Assembly (NCBI GenBank): GCA_018670435.1
Contig: JABHRC010000014.1
Coordinates: 1-61,869 of the forward strand
Reading direction: 5' to 3'
DNA from: Gammaproteobacteria bacterium
GTDB lineage: Bacteria; Pseudomonadota; Gammaproteobacteria; GCA-002705445; GCA-002716945
DNA length: 61,869 nucleotides
In this document: piece after piece, positions 38,444 to 48,797 of the stretch
Numbering within the stretch: position 1 is the stretch's first letter
Layout: each line of letters opens with the position of its first letter
Program-made: the position numbers and the translations under genes
The notes under the pieces: model-generated
What the model was told of the DNA's origin: nothing
What the model saw: the letters and a program-made list of their open reading frames with translations, nothing else
Databases searched by the model: none

Positions 38444-38767
38444 CTACTTTATAGACTCCAGAGAATTTTTAGGCAATATTTTGCTAACAGAGGATTTTTG
38501 CAACTTAATTACAACGTCACTGGAAATTTTTAGTTGTATATAAGATTCTCCAATCTTAAGAACTACGCCTAGTAACCCCCCAATTGTAGAAACTTCATCC
38601 CCCACTTTTAAATCCTCAACCATTTGCTTATGTTCTTTCAATTTTTTTGACTGTGGCCTAATTAGAATAAAGTACATTAAAACTAGAATAAAAATTGGCA
38701 GGAGAAATCCTAATGCTGATGGTTCTTGCGTATCTGAAGCAGCATGCGCTATATTTATAAAATCCAT
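38444..38767 (-). CDS. yajC: Preprotein translocase subunit YajC
   Basis: MYFILIRPQSK, GDEVSTIGGLLG. ATG 38767 with GAGGG Shine-Dalgarno. Confidence 0.95.
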   Translation of the reverse strand: MDFINIAHAASDTQEPSALGFLLPIFILVLMYFILIRPQSKKLKEHKQMVEDLKVGDEVSTIGGLLGVVLKIGESYIQLKISSDVVIKLQKSSVSKILPKNSLESIK

Positions 38768-38775
38768 ATTAACCC

Positions 38776-40904
<2,129 letters not shown>

Positions 40905-40915
40905 AATACTGCAAA

Positions 40916-40943
40916 ATAATACTTCTAAATGTTGTTATGTCAA
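40916..40943 (-). promoter_or_regulatory. Putative queA promoter
   Basis: Minus strand TTGACA-16 bp-TATTAT, ending 11 nt before the ATG. Confidence 0.5.
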
Positions 40944-40952
40944 TTAAATTAT

Positions 40953-40972
40953 ATATTAGCATTATCTAATAT
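40953..40972. promoter_or_regulatory. 7-6-7 inverted repeat, possible operator
   Basis: ATATTAG-CATTAT-CTAATAT between the divergent promoters. Confidence 0.35.
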
Positions 40973-41000
40973 TGATTTATTAGCCTATATTTGTTTTAAT
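40972..41000 (+). promoter_or_regulatory. Putative promoter of the 41006 gene (extended -10, leaderless)
   Basis: TTGATT-17 bp-TTTAAT preceded by TG, ending 5 nt before the ATG; no Shine-Dalgarno. Confidence 0.5.
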
Positions 41001-41005
41001 TAGAT

Positions 41006-41449
41006 ATGAGCTTGATAAATAACTTCCCGCATGATGGAATTGTAACAATTAATAGAGTAATACTTAAAGATGAGTTTACCTTAGACGATCTTCAAGAAAG
41101 GGTTGCTGTCATGTGCGAAAATGTAAAAACTTATCACTCGGAGACTGGTTTCATAGGAGGTATGGTTGTTCTAAATAGTGGCCAAATATCTAATGAAGGA
41201 TCAAATATTGGTAAAGCTTTAGCCTCTGATTTAAAAGATCGTGAAGCTCTGATTATAACATTTTGGACATCTTATGAAGATCATGAAAATTCTCATAAAA
41301 GTGAGACTTTCCAACCTTTGTTTCAGAAGGTGATAGATGTCTGTGAGAATGGTAATGAAGAAATAGTATATAGTATGCTCTGGCAAGGTGCCGCATATAC
41401 CCCAGAAATGGCTAAACTAGCAAGGACAGCCAAGAAAAAAAACAAATAA
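41006..41449 (+). CDS. Single-domain sulfur oxygenase reductase (SOR)-like protein, putative mononuclear non-heme iron enzyme
   Basis: VTINRVILKDE, VMC37, GFIG, TFWTSYEDH93ENSH97 and E119IVY parallel the remembered SOR N-terminal domain (VAINMAELKNE, VC31, GFVG, TFWKDWKDH86EEMH90, E114PIY). Confidence 0.7.
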   Translation: MSLINNFPHDGIVTINRVILKDEFTLDDLQERVAVMCENVKTYHSETGFIGGMVVLNSGQISNEGSNIGKALASDLKDREALIITFWTSYEDHENSHKSETFQPLFQKVIDVCENGNEEIVYSMLWQGAAYTPEMAKLARTAKKKNK

Positions 41450-41650
41450 TTAAACTATTGGAGGATTTTTTTTATTAGTCCTTTTATGCCTTCCCCCCAC
41501 TAACTTATGTTTTTTAAGTTTTTCTTCGATGTTCTCTAGAGTAGTGTCTTTGAGGGCAATTTTATTCGATAATTTAATTTGTTTATAAAAATATATCCCA
41601 ATTAAGGCCAGTAAAATAATTGAAGCTAGATAAATAAGTGAAGTAATCAT
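41450..41650 (-). CDS. Hypothetical small membrane protein, 66 aa
   Basis: ATG start, one N-terminal hydrophobic helix and a basic tail; fills the gap exactly between the 41006 gene and tRNA-Leu. Confidence 0.6.
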   Translation of the reverse strand: MITSLIYLASIILLALIGIYFYKQIKLSNKIALKDTTLENIEEKLKKHKLVGGRHKRTNKKNPPIV

Positions 41651-41724
41651 AATTAAATACTATCATAGTTTTATATAGATATTTATCTATAGAAAATATA
41701 TTTCGAGATCAAAGAAATCATCTC

Positions 41725-41805
41725 TACTCGAGGTGGGATTCGAACCCACATGTCTTGCGACAGAGGATTTTGAATCCTCCGTGTATACCATTCCACCACT
41801 CGAGC
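41725..41805 (-). tRNA. tRNA-Leu(CAA), CCA not encoded
   Basis: GCTCGAGTGGTGGAATGGTATACACGGAGGATTCAAAATCCTCTGTCGCAAGACATGTGGGTTCGAATCCCACCTCGAGTA: anticodon arm GAGGA-TTCAAAA-TCCTC, long variable arm, T loop GGTTCGAATCC. Confidence 0.96.
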
Positions 41806-41977
41806 AGAAAACTATTTTATCAAAGAATTCAGTAGATGCCATGTAATTAATGATTTTATTCCTAAAAGATTTTTTGTAATATTAAAAAGAATTTTATGAT
41901 ATCCTAGGTGTCAATATATATAGGCTATAAAGCTATTATCGAATTTAATATAACTAATATTGTCAGGAATAAAGAGT

Positions 41978-42979
41978 ATGAGTAAATATAAACTATATGG
42001 AATTGGAAATGCATTGCTGGATTATGAGTATAAGATTAATGATCAAATCTTAGAGGACCTCACACTTGAAAAAGGATGCATGCTATTAAATGAATATGAT
42101 CAGCACTTTGCTCTTCATGAAAAATTAAAATCAATGAGGCCACCGGAAAAGATTATACCGGGTGGTTCTGTTGCGAATTCCGTATATGCAATGGCTCAAT
42201 TTTCTGACAATGTTTGCTTTTCAGGAAAAGTTTCAGATGATGAGTCAGGTAAAAATTTTATCAATTGTTTAAATGAATCAGGTGTTGATGCGCATGTTGC
42301 AAAAATTAAAGATCAAAGAAGTGGTGAATGTCTAGTCTTAATTACACCTGATAATGAAAGAACAATGAATACTTTTTTAGGGTCATCTAGCTTATTAAGT
42401 GATAATGACATAAGTAAAGAATCAATTCAGGAATCTGACTACCTATTGATAGAAGGTTATTTAGTCACATCAGATCTAACTTTAAATGTAGGAGTAGCTG
42501 CGATAGATATAGCTAATGAAAATAATACAAAAACTGTTATTACTTTATCTGACCCAAATATTGTTTCTTTTTTTAGGGATAACATGATGAAATTATTTAA
42601 CAAAAAATCACATATAATTTTTTGTAATGAACAAGAAGCATTGAATTTTTCACAAACAAATAATCTTAAAGATGCAGAAGTATTTCTCAAAGAGTTAACT
42701 GATATGTATATTATTACGCTTGGTTCAAAGGGGGCAATATGTTTTGATGGAACAAATGATTATAAAGTTATGGGTAATAAGGTTATGTCCAAAGATTTTA
42801 CTGGCGCGGGAGATATGTTTCTTGGTGCTTTCATGCATAAATATACAGATAATAACATTCTTGAATCTATGAAATTTGCAAATTATTGTGCATCAAAAAT
42901 TATCCAGATATATGGAGCTAAGTTTAATAATTCAAATGACTATAAAGAGTTGCAAACAGAATTTAGATCATCAACCTAA
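41978..42979 (+). CDS. PfkB/ribokinase family kinase (adenosine kinase-like)
   Basis: YGIGNALLD, PGGSVAN, TPDNERTMNTFLG, TLGSKG, DFTGAGDMF. ATG 41978 preferred. Confidence 0.88.
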   Translation: MSKYKLYGIGNALLDYEYKINDQILEDLTLEKGCMLLNEYDQHFALHEKLKSMRPPEKIIPGGSVANSVYAMAQFSDNVCFSGKVSDDESGKNFINCLNESGVDAHVAKIKDQRSGECLVLITPDNERTMNTFLGSSSLLSDNDISKESIQESDYLLIEGYLVTSDLTLNVGVAAIDIANENNTKTVITLSDPNIVSFFRDNMMKLFNKKSHIIFCNEQEALNFSQTNNLKDAEVFLKELTDMYIITLGSKGAICFDGTNDYKVMGNKVMSKDFTGAGDMFLGAFMHKYTDNNILESMKFANYCASKIIQIYGAKFNNSNDYKELQTEFRSST

Positions 42980-43655
42980 TCTTTTCAACAATACTCATTG
43001 GGTCTTCAGCTTCTGTGATAGGACGGCCTATAACAAGGTAGGTACTCCCAAGTTCTAGAGCTATAGATGGCGTATATACTTTTGAGTGGTCATCAGAATC
43101 ATGACTTAATCTTATTCCAGGAGTAATAAACTCTAGGTTATTTTTGGATTTATTTATGGATATTATATCTCCTGGCGAACATACAATTCCATCTATTTTT
43201 GCATCGTTAGCCATCACTGATAAAACGTTAACTATCTCTTCACGATTATCCATGCCAAGGTAATGCATACTCTCTTTATTATGATTAGTTAAAAGAGTAA
43301 CACCTATAATTTTAGATTTTTTATTAACTGTATCTCTTGCTTCTTTAGCTGCAATTACCATTTCTTTACCACCTAAAAGATGAATATTTAGCATCCATAT
43401 ACCCAGCTTATAGGCTTCTAAACATGCTTTGTAGACTGTTGCAGGTATATCATGAAATTTTAAATCTAAAAATATTTCAAAATTCATTTCCTGAAGATCA
43501 TCAACTATAGATGGTCCATATTTGGTAAAAAGTTGTTTACCTATCTTTAATCTACAGTATGATGGATCTAGTTGTTCAGATAACATTAAAGCATGCTTTT
43601 TGTCGGTATAATCTAATGCAACTATTATCTTGTTCTTATTAAAATTATTATTCAC
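42963..43655 (-). CDS. pyrF: Orotidine-5'-phosphate decarboxylase
   Basis: IIVALD, FLDLKFHDIPATV, TPGIR, LVIGRPIT. Confidence 0.97.
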   Translation of the reverse strand: MNNNFNKNKIIVALDYTDKKHALMLSEQLDPSYCRLKIGKQLFTKYGPSIVDDLQEMNFEIFLDLKFHDIPATVYKACLEAYKLGIWMLNIHLLGGKEMVIAAKEARDTVNKKSKIIGVTLLTNHNKESMHYLGMDNREEIVNVLSVMANDAKIDGIVCSPGDIISINKSKNNLEFITPGIRLSHDSDDHSKVYTPSIALELGSTYLVIGRPITEAEDPMSIVEKIRLMI

Positions 43656-44817
43656 TATGCTTTCCCTCTTCTATTATATCAACTGCTGATTTAGGGACTA
43701 TCGTTTCCCATGTATTGCAACTGGGGCATTTCCAGTTTAACTCATTAGACTTATATCCACAATTATTACAAATAAAGTAAAAATTAGAAGAAAAAATATT
43801 TTTATATGAATTTACTAAATCATGTATTACACCATTAAGACCAGTTTGATCTTCTGTTGATGCCAAAGTATGAGTAATTACAAAATTATTGACTAAGTCA
43901 GTCCGGTCGAAAGTGTTTATATATTTCATAGCTGTTTCCTTATCTTTCTCATAAAGAATAAAAAAATATATATCTGGTATAAAAGGCATTTCTTTGATTT
44001 CAGATATACTCATTAACGTTTTAAGGATAATATTATTGTTTTGAATTTTCTTAGCTGTGTGAATTATTTTATTTATAATATATTTTGAAAAATCTTTATT
44101 TTGATGAATTATAGAGTGATAGTATTGAACTGATATACCTATATCATTTTTTGAATAATATTTAGCTAACTGATAGTTAGCTCTTATACAATTTTTATTA
44201 GTTTTTAATGCTTTTTTAGATATTGCGATAGCTTTTTCTATCTGGTTGTCTTTATTATATATGCTAGATATTTCACAATAATATTGTGCAAGGAGAGCTA
44301 ATGTTTTCTCATTATCAGTAATAGTATCCATTGATTTTACTAACTCTATTGCTTTCTCCCAATCCTTGGTAACTTCATATATCTTTAGTAAATGCTCTAA
44401 ACATGATTGCCTATAACTTTTTATTTCAGACAAATTTCTAAATATTTTTTCGGAACGATCATAAAGTCCTGCTGAATGAAAATCTTTAGATAATTCATAT
44501 AAGGCTTGATTCTTTAGCTCAGCCTCAAGAGTAGGTCTTGAGAGAAGATTTTGATGAATTAATATAGCTTTGTCAAACTCTCCTCTTTTCCTATATAGCC
44601 CACCCAATGCAAGATGGGTTTCTATCGTGGAGCTATCTACATCCATTAATGCTGTAAAAATTTTAAAAGCTTTATCTTCTTCATTGTTTAGTAAATAATT
44701 TAACCCTCTATAGTATTCGGCATTAAAAATATTTTTAGTAACTTTAGCTGAAGGTTTATAATAAATATAAGCTAATGATATTATAATCACCATACTGCCA
44801 ATTATGGTATAGATCAT
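43648..44817 (-). CDS. lapB: LPS assembly protein B
   Basis: N-terminal TM, YYRGLNYLL, ETHLALGGLYRKRGE, TPR repeats, rubredoxin-like CNNCG...CPSC. Confidence 0.93.
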   Translation of the reverse strand: MIYTIIGSMVIIISLAYIYYKPSAKVTKNIFNAEYYRGLNYLLNNEEDKAFKIFTALMDVDSSTIETHLALGGLYRKRGEFDKAILIHQNLLSRPTLEAELKNQALYELSKDFHSAGLYDRSEKIFRNLSEIKSYRQSCLEHLLKIYEVTKDWEKAIELVKSMDTITDNEKTLALLAQYYCEISSIYNKDNQIEKAIAISKKALKTNKNCIRANYQLAKYYSKNDIGISVQYYHSIIHQNKDFSKYIINKIIHTAKKIQNNNIILKTLMSISEIKEMPFIPDIYFFILYEKDKETAMKYINTFDRTDLVNNFVITHTLASTEDQTGLNGVIHDLVNSYKNIFSSNFYFICNNCGYKSNELNWKCPSCNTWETIVPKSAVDIIEEGKHSE

Positions 44818-45110
44818 TCGTGATCATCTCTAAGTGGATTTTTCCTAAGACTATCAATTTCATCTTCTTTTACTTTCAGTATTTTTCTAAGTCCCCTAGC
44901 CTCATGTTTATGTCTTATATATGATGATAGGAAGAATAACAATGCTAGAAAAGATCCTATTAAAAAACTTATAAATAAGAAAAGTGGTATTGGAGCAGAA
45001 TATTTATGAAGATATAAATCTATTTCAATAACCGAGGTATTAAGCATAGAAATTGTTATAGACAAAGCTAACAAAAATAATGTGACTAGAAATATTAAAA
45101 CTCTAAACAT
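44814..45110 (-). CDS. lapA: LPS assembly protein A (DUF1049)
   Basis: Two TM segments and a basic coiled C-terminus, between ihfB and lapB. Confidence 0.8.
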   Translation of the reverse strand: MFRVLIFLVTLFLLALSITISMLNTSVIEIDLYLHKYSAPIPLFLFISFLIGSFLALLFFLSSYIRHKHEARGLRKILKVKEDEIDSLRKNPLRDDHE

Positions 45111-45163
45111 AGTTATATATTATATTATTCTATTAGGGTGGTTAATTGAAGATAAATTAAATA

Positions 45164-45454
45164 TTAATCCTTATTATTTACCCTTGTCTTGAGTTCTTTA
45201 CTAGGTTTAAAGTGGACACTATTTCTTTTCTCTAAAGCTACTAACTCGCCAGTTTTAGGATTTCTGGCTAATCTAGAATTATGATTATGTAATGAAAATG
45301 TTCCAAACCCCCTAATTTCAACCCTATCTCCGGAGTATAGGGATTTTGATATATGTTCAAGTATCTTTTTAACTGAATAATCAATATCGGAAGTAGTGAA
45401 AGATTTAAATTTACCTGACAGCTTGTGTATTAATTCTGATCTATTTAGTATCAT
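45164..45454 (-). CDS. ihfB: Integration host factor subunit beta
   Basis: RSELI, GDRVEIRGFGTFSL, RNPKTGE, HFKPSKELK; downstream of rpsA. Confidence 0.93.
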   Translation of the reverse strand: MILNRSELIHKLSGKFKSFTTSDIDYSVKKILEHISKSLYSGDRVEIRGFGTFSLHNHNSRLARNPKTGELVALEKRNSVHFKPSKELKTRVNNKD

Positions 45455-45455
45455 A

Positions 45456-46802
45456 CTACTCGGTGTCTGATGCTTGTGAATCTTTAGATGATAACTGCTT
45501 AATACCTAAAGAAACTCTTTCTCTCTCTGAATCTATTGACAATATAATTGACGTTACATCATCCCCTTTTTTGTATGTGCGTATAGCCTCTTCTTGTTTA
45601 TCTTCAGATGTGATATCTGTTATATGAATTAGCCCATCTATACCGCCATCAAGTCCCACGAAGATTCCAAAATCAGTTATTGATTTAATTTGACTTGTTA
45701 AAATATCACCCTTGCTGTTGTTATCATCAAATAGCGACCATGGGTTCTCTAGGCACTGCTTATGACTTAATGAGATTCTTCTCTTGTCATTATCAATCTC
45801 CATGACTTTAACTTCAATTTCGTCACCTAAGTTGACCACTTTATTTGGATTTATGTTTTTATTTGTCCAATTAAGTTCAGATGTTCTCACCAAACCTTCA
45901 ATATTATCGCCAAGATCAACAAAAACACCATAATCAGCTATATTAGCTACTTTGCCTTTGTAGATAGTATTTAGCTCAAGTTTTTCAGGAATTTTATCCC
46001 ATGGATCGTCTAATAATTGCTTCATACCCAAGCTGACCCTATTTTTTTCAGTATCATACTTTAGAACAACTACATTAATCTCATCGCCTACACGTAATAG
46101 CTCACTTGGGTGATTAATTCTTTTCCATGAAATATCAGTTATATGCAATAAACCATCGATGCCACCTAAATCTATAAATGCACCATAATCTGTAAGATTT
46201 TTAATAAATCCAGTTACAGTTTTTCCTTCAGTATATTTCTCTGCAATTTCTTCTGGACTTGAGTTTTGATCCATAAGTACAGCTTTTCTTGATAAGACGA
46301 TATTGTTTCTTATCTTATCCATTTTAATGATCTTGAATTCTAAAACTTTTCCTTCTATATAATCTGTTTCTTTGGTAGGACGAACATCCACCAATGATCC
46401 TGGTAAGAATGCTTTTATATTTAATAAATCAACAGTGAATCCACCTTTGACCTTACCTGAAACTCGGCCTTCTATGTTTTCTTGGCTATCTTGAATCTTC
46501 TCAAGCTCATCCCATATTTTAGTTCTTTTTGCCTTTTCGCGAGACATGATTGTTTCACCATATCCATCTTCAATCATATCAAGGGTGACCTCTACTTCAT
46601 CACCTAACTCGATTTCTAACTCTCCTTTTACACTAAGGAATTGATTTTTAGGAATAATACCTTCAGATTTTAGACCTGCATTTATGACAACATAGTCATC
46701 TCTTATTTCTATGACTGTCGCGGTAACTATACTACCTGGGGTCATATCAATATTACTAATACTATCATGAAATAATACTTCAAATTCTGATTGGGATTCC
46801 AT
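45456..46802 (-). CDS. rpsA: 30S ribosomal protein S1, five S1 domains (448 aa)
   Basis: AGLKSEG, KAFLPGSLVD, DYGAFIDLGGIDGLLHITDISW, DFGIFVGLDGGIDGLIH. ATG 46802 with GAGGA upstream. Confidence 0.95.
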   Translation of the reverse strand: MESQSEFEVLFHDSISNIDMTPGSIVTATVIEIRDDYVVINAGLKSEGIIPKNQFLSVKGELEIELGDEVEVTLDMIEDGYGETIMSREKAKRTKIWDELEKIQDSQENIEGRVSGKVKGGFTVDLLNIKAFLPGSLVDVRPTKETDYIEGKVLEFKIIKMDKIRNNIVLSRKAVLMDQNSSPEEIAEKYTEGKTVTGFIKNLTDYGAFIDLGGIDGLLHITDISWKRINHPSELLRVGDEINVVVLKYDTEKNRVSLGMKQLLDDPWDKIPEKLELNTIYKGKVANIADYGVFVDLGDNIEGLVRTSELNWTNKNINPNKVVNLGDEIEVKVMEIDNDKRRISLSHKQCLENPWSLFDDNNSKGDILTSQIKSITDFGIFVGLDGGIDGLIHITDITSEDKQEEAIRTYKKGDDVTSIILSIDSERERVSLGIKQLSSKDSQASDTE

Positions 46803-46824
46803 TAATTTATTTTCCTCATTTAAT

Positions 46825-47496
46825 TCAAACTCTTGATATCTTATACAATCCAAGGATTTTATCAAGGATAGTCTCAATATTTAATTCACTAGAATCAACA
46901 ATAATAGCTTCTTTGGCAGCTTTTAGTGGTGAAACATCCCTGTTCATATCCTTTTGATCTCTTTGCTCTAGAGATTTACGTATATTATCTAAATTTGGAT
47001 TAGAGCCAGATTTAATTAGTTGCTCATATCTTCTTTTCGCCCGAACCTCTATGTTAGCAGTAAAATAGATTTTAAGCTCAGCATCAGGGAAAACTTTTGT
47101 TCCCATATCTCTACCATTAGCTATCAAACCAGGCATTTGGACGCATGCATGTTGAATAGATAATAGTGCGTCTCTGATATATTCATTTTTGGAGATATCA
47201 GATGCTTGTAATCCGATCACTTCATTATATAAATTACCAGTAATATCATCGGAATTATAAACAATATTAAAGTCGAGATTCTTTGATGGAACCATTTTCA
47301 TATTATTAATTATTTTTGTTACAGTATCAGGCATAAACTTGTCAATATTCTCTACACTTTTAATATATGCAAATGCACGATATAAAATCCCACTATCTAA
47401 AGTATAGAATCCTAAATGGTTAGACAATGATTTAGATATAGTGGTTTTCCCTGAACTAGCTAGACCATCTATAGTTATGATAGGTACTTTACTCAT
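46825..47496 (-). CDS. cmk: Cytidylate kinase
   Basis: ITIDGLASSGKT, LDSGILYRA, GRDMGTKVFPDA, RDQKDMNRDVSPL. Confidence 0.95.
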   Translation of the reverse strand: MSKVPIITIDGLASSGKTTISKSLSNHLGFYTLDSGILYRAFAYIKSVENIDKFMPDTVTKIINNMKMVPSKNLDFNIVYNSDDITGNLYNEVIGLQASDISKNEYIRDALLSIQHACVQMPGLIANGRDMGTKVFPDAELKIYFTANIEVRAKRRYEQLIKSGSNPNLDNIRKSLEQRDQKDMNRDVSPLKAAKEAIIVDSSELNIETILDKILGLYKISRV

Positions 47497-48797
47497 ATGC
47501 TATAAAGATCTATTTTTTGATCTATCAAAATATCCGCAAAACCAGGAAAAGAGGTATCAATATTGCTAGTATTTAAGACTGTTATCGGTTTAAGAGAAAC
47601 TAAACCTGCTATTAAGAATGACATTACAATTCTATGATCTCCATAACTATCAATAATACCACCAATAAATTCTCCACCAGTAATTGATAAGGAATTCTCA
47701 GTTGAAACTATATTGATGCCTAATTCTCTGAGCCCATGTTCCATTGCCTCTATTCTGTCGCTCTCTTTATATCTCAACTCACCTACATCCTCTATCAATG
47801 ATAGACCATTGCAAGTTGCACATGCAATAAATAAAATTGGTAATTCATCTATCAATCGTGAAATTATTTTACCGGAAATATTAACTGGATTTAATTTAGA
47901 ATGTTTTACTCTAATGTCTGCTACTGGCTCATTACAAACGGTACGACAATTAACGAGTTTGATATTGCCACCCATTTCTAATAAGACATCTATGATACCG
48001 GTCCGAAGTGGATTCACTCCAATATTATTTAAAGTAATATCAGAACCTTCTTTAATTAAAGCAGCAACAATAAAAAAAGCAGCTGAAGATATATCTGACG
48101 GGATTTCAATATCCTTTGCTACAAGATTTTTATAACCCTGTAAAGTTATAACTCCTTTGTCATTCACAAAAGGATACTCCAAATAAGATAAAAGCCTTTC
48201 TGTATGATCTCTTGTTATTATATCTTCACTAATTATTGACTCACCTTTTATATTAAGCGCTGCTAGAATTAATGATGACTTAACCTGAGCGCTGGGTATC
48301 TTACTATGATAAACAATAGGTTTCATTGAAGTGGGCGGTTCAAAACTCATTGGAAGTTTTCCATAGCTCGACTTTATCAGCGCACCAAAAGATTCAAGAG
48401 GCTCAATGATACGTTTCATAGGTCTAGTAACTAATGATTCATCTCCAGAAATTGTACTATCAAAACTTTGAGTAGAGAGTATCCCAGATAATAATCTTGC
48501 CATTGTTCCGGAATTACCTGCATCAATTTGAGATTTTGGTTGAGTAAGACCTTGTATGCCTTTACCAACAATTACAATCTTTTCACCATTGATTTGTATA
48601 TCAACTCCAAGCTCTCTAAATGCAACAAGGGTTCTCATACAGTCTTCAGACAAAAGACTATTTGTAATAGTAATCGTGCCGTCAGATAATCCGCCAAGCA
48701 TAATTGCTCTATGAGTTATGGATTTGTCACCGGGGATATTTATTGGTCCCTCTAGTTTTTTTGGATTATTAATAATTAGATTAGATTCTTTTTTCAT
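47493..48797 (-). CDS. aroA: EPSP synthase
   Basis: PGDKSITHR, GNSGTMARL, SAQVKS, KESDRI, DHRIVMS. Confidence 0.97.
   Translation of the reverse strand: MKKESNLIINNPKKLEGPINIPGDKSITHRAIMLGGLSDGTITITNSLLSEDCMRTLVAFRELGVDIQINGEKIVIVGKGIQGLTQPKSQIDAGNSGTMARLLSGILSTQSFDSTISGDESLVTRPMKRIIEPLESFGALIKSSYGKLPMSFEPPTSMKPIVYHSKIPSAQVKSSLILAALNIKGESIISEDIITRDHTERLLSYLEYPFVNDKGVITLQGYKNLVAKDIEIPSDISSAAFFIVAALIKEGSDITLNNIGVNPLRTGIIDVLLEMGGNIKLVNCRTVCNEPVADIRVKHSKLNPVNISGKIISRLIDELPILFIACATCNGLSLIEDVGELRYKESDRIEAMEHGLRELGINIVSTENSLSITGGEFIGGIIDSYGDHRIVMSFLIAGLVSLKPITVLNTSNIDTSFPGFADILIDQKIDLYSI

Noticed and set aside
41701-41805. tRNA-Leu as the att site of an integrated element
   Set aside because: No integrase and no direct repeat of the tRNA 3' end found near queA.
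46803-46877. N-terminal extensions from the ORF track (rpsA 46877, pheA 51919, purA 5956, amidohydrolase 54479, pfkB 41960, der 25764, hfq 9378, rpsF 3879, yajC 38779)
   Set aside because: Upstream near-cognate starts; family N-termini and Shine-Dalgarno or coupling signals support the downstream ATGs used here.
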